Positions 63,727-64,000 of a stretch of DNA of 64,000 nucleotides are shown here, in pieces. Numbering within the stretch: position 1 is the stretch's first letter; every line of letters starts with the position of its first letter. Source of the DNA: Octopus sinensis (Eukaryota); contig NC_043010.1 of NCBI RefSeq assembly GCF_006345805.1, positions 744,001 to 808,000 of the forward strand, read 5' to 3'. A program made the position numbers and the translations under genes. The notes below the pieces were generated by a model. That model was not told where the DNA came from. It did not search any database and worked only from the letters and a program-made list of their open reading frames with translations.

Positions 63727-64000
63727 CTTTTAAAATTCCTTCATTGCATTTTCACAATACACATTACATTTAATAAATGTATTCGGTGACATAGAATTTC
63801 AAAGAACGTAGGATTTGATCTATTGCTGCCTTTTACTATTTCACTGCAAATATCTTCAATATATAATTAATATTGCATTATTTGGTAAACATCTGCCGAT
63901 TCTATTTGAATAATTTTTACACCTGCTGTGATCTCTTCGGTTATTGTCGAAAAATGTAAGTTTTATTTTTAAAAAAAGACATTTTTTTCTCAAATTTTTA

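Overview
AT-rich, microsatellite-saturated eukaryotic DNA. The tRNA-derived SINE families, RTE, Penelope, Tc1-mariner and Helitron content and the gene present point to an octopus (coleoid cephalopod) genome; this is an inference. One clear host gene is present: a + strand protocadherin. Its six cadherin repeats, transmembrane helix and proximal tail lie in one large exon (acceptor at 19443/19444, ORF 19496-22153, signal-peptide ATG 19742, canonical GTAAGT donor at 22145). A phase-matched candidate terminal exon lies 25 kb downstream (47357 onward), followed by a repeat-poor, 3'UTR-like stretch. The rest is mostly transposon relics: Ty3/Gypsy pol plus LTR, maT-like, mariner and IR/DR Tc1 elements, Helitrons, RTE and RLE-type LINEs, Penelope-type tails with minimal hammerhead motifs, four SINE families, a 31-bp minisatellite and simple repeats. 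Nearly all short ORFs in the track are microsatellite artefacts. The most interesting leads concern the protocadherin: (1) five 16-codon His/Met/Cys repeats in frame ahead of the signal peptide; (2) a TAG stop in the terminal exon followed directly by a further 78 in-frame codons, a possible A-to-I or readthrough switch; (3) paralogous promoter-like modules inside the intron; (4) antisense hammerhead motifs near both intron ends; (5) an inverted SINE pair bracketing the large exon. None of these could be tested without tools.
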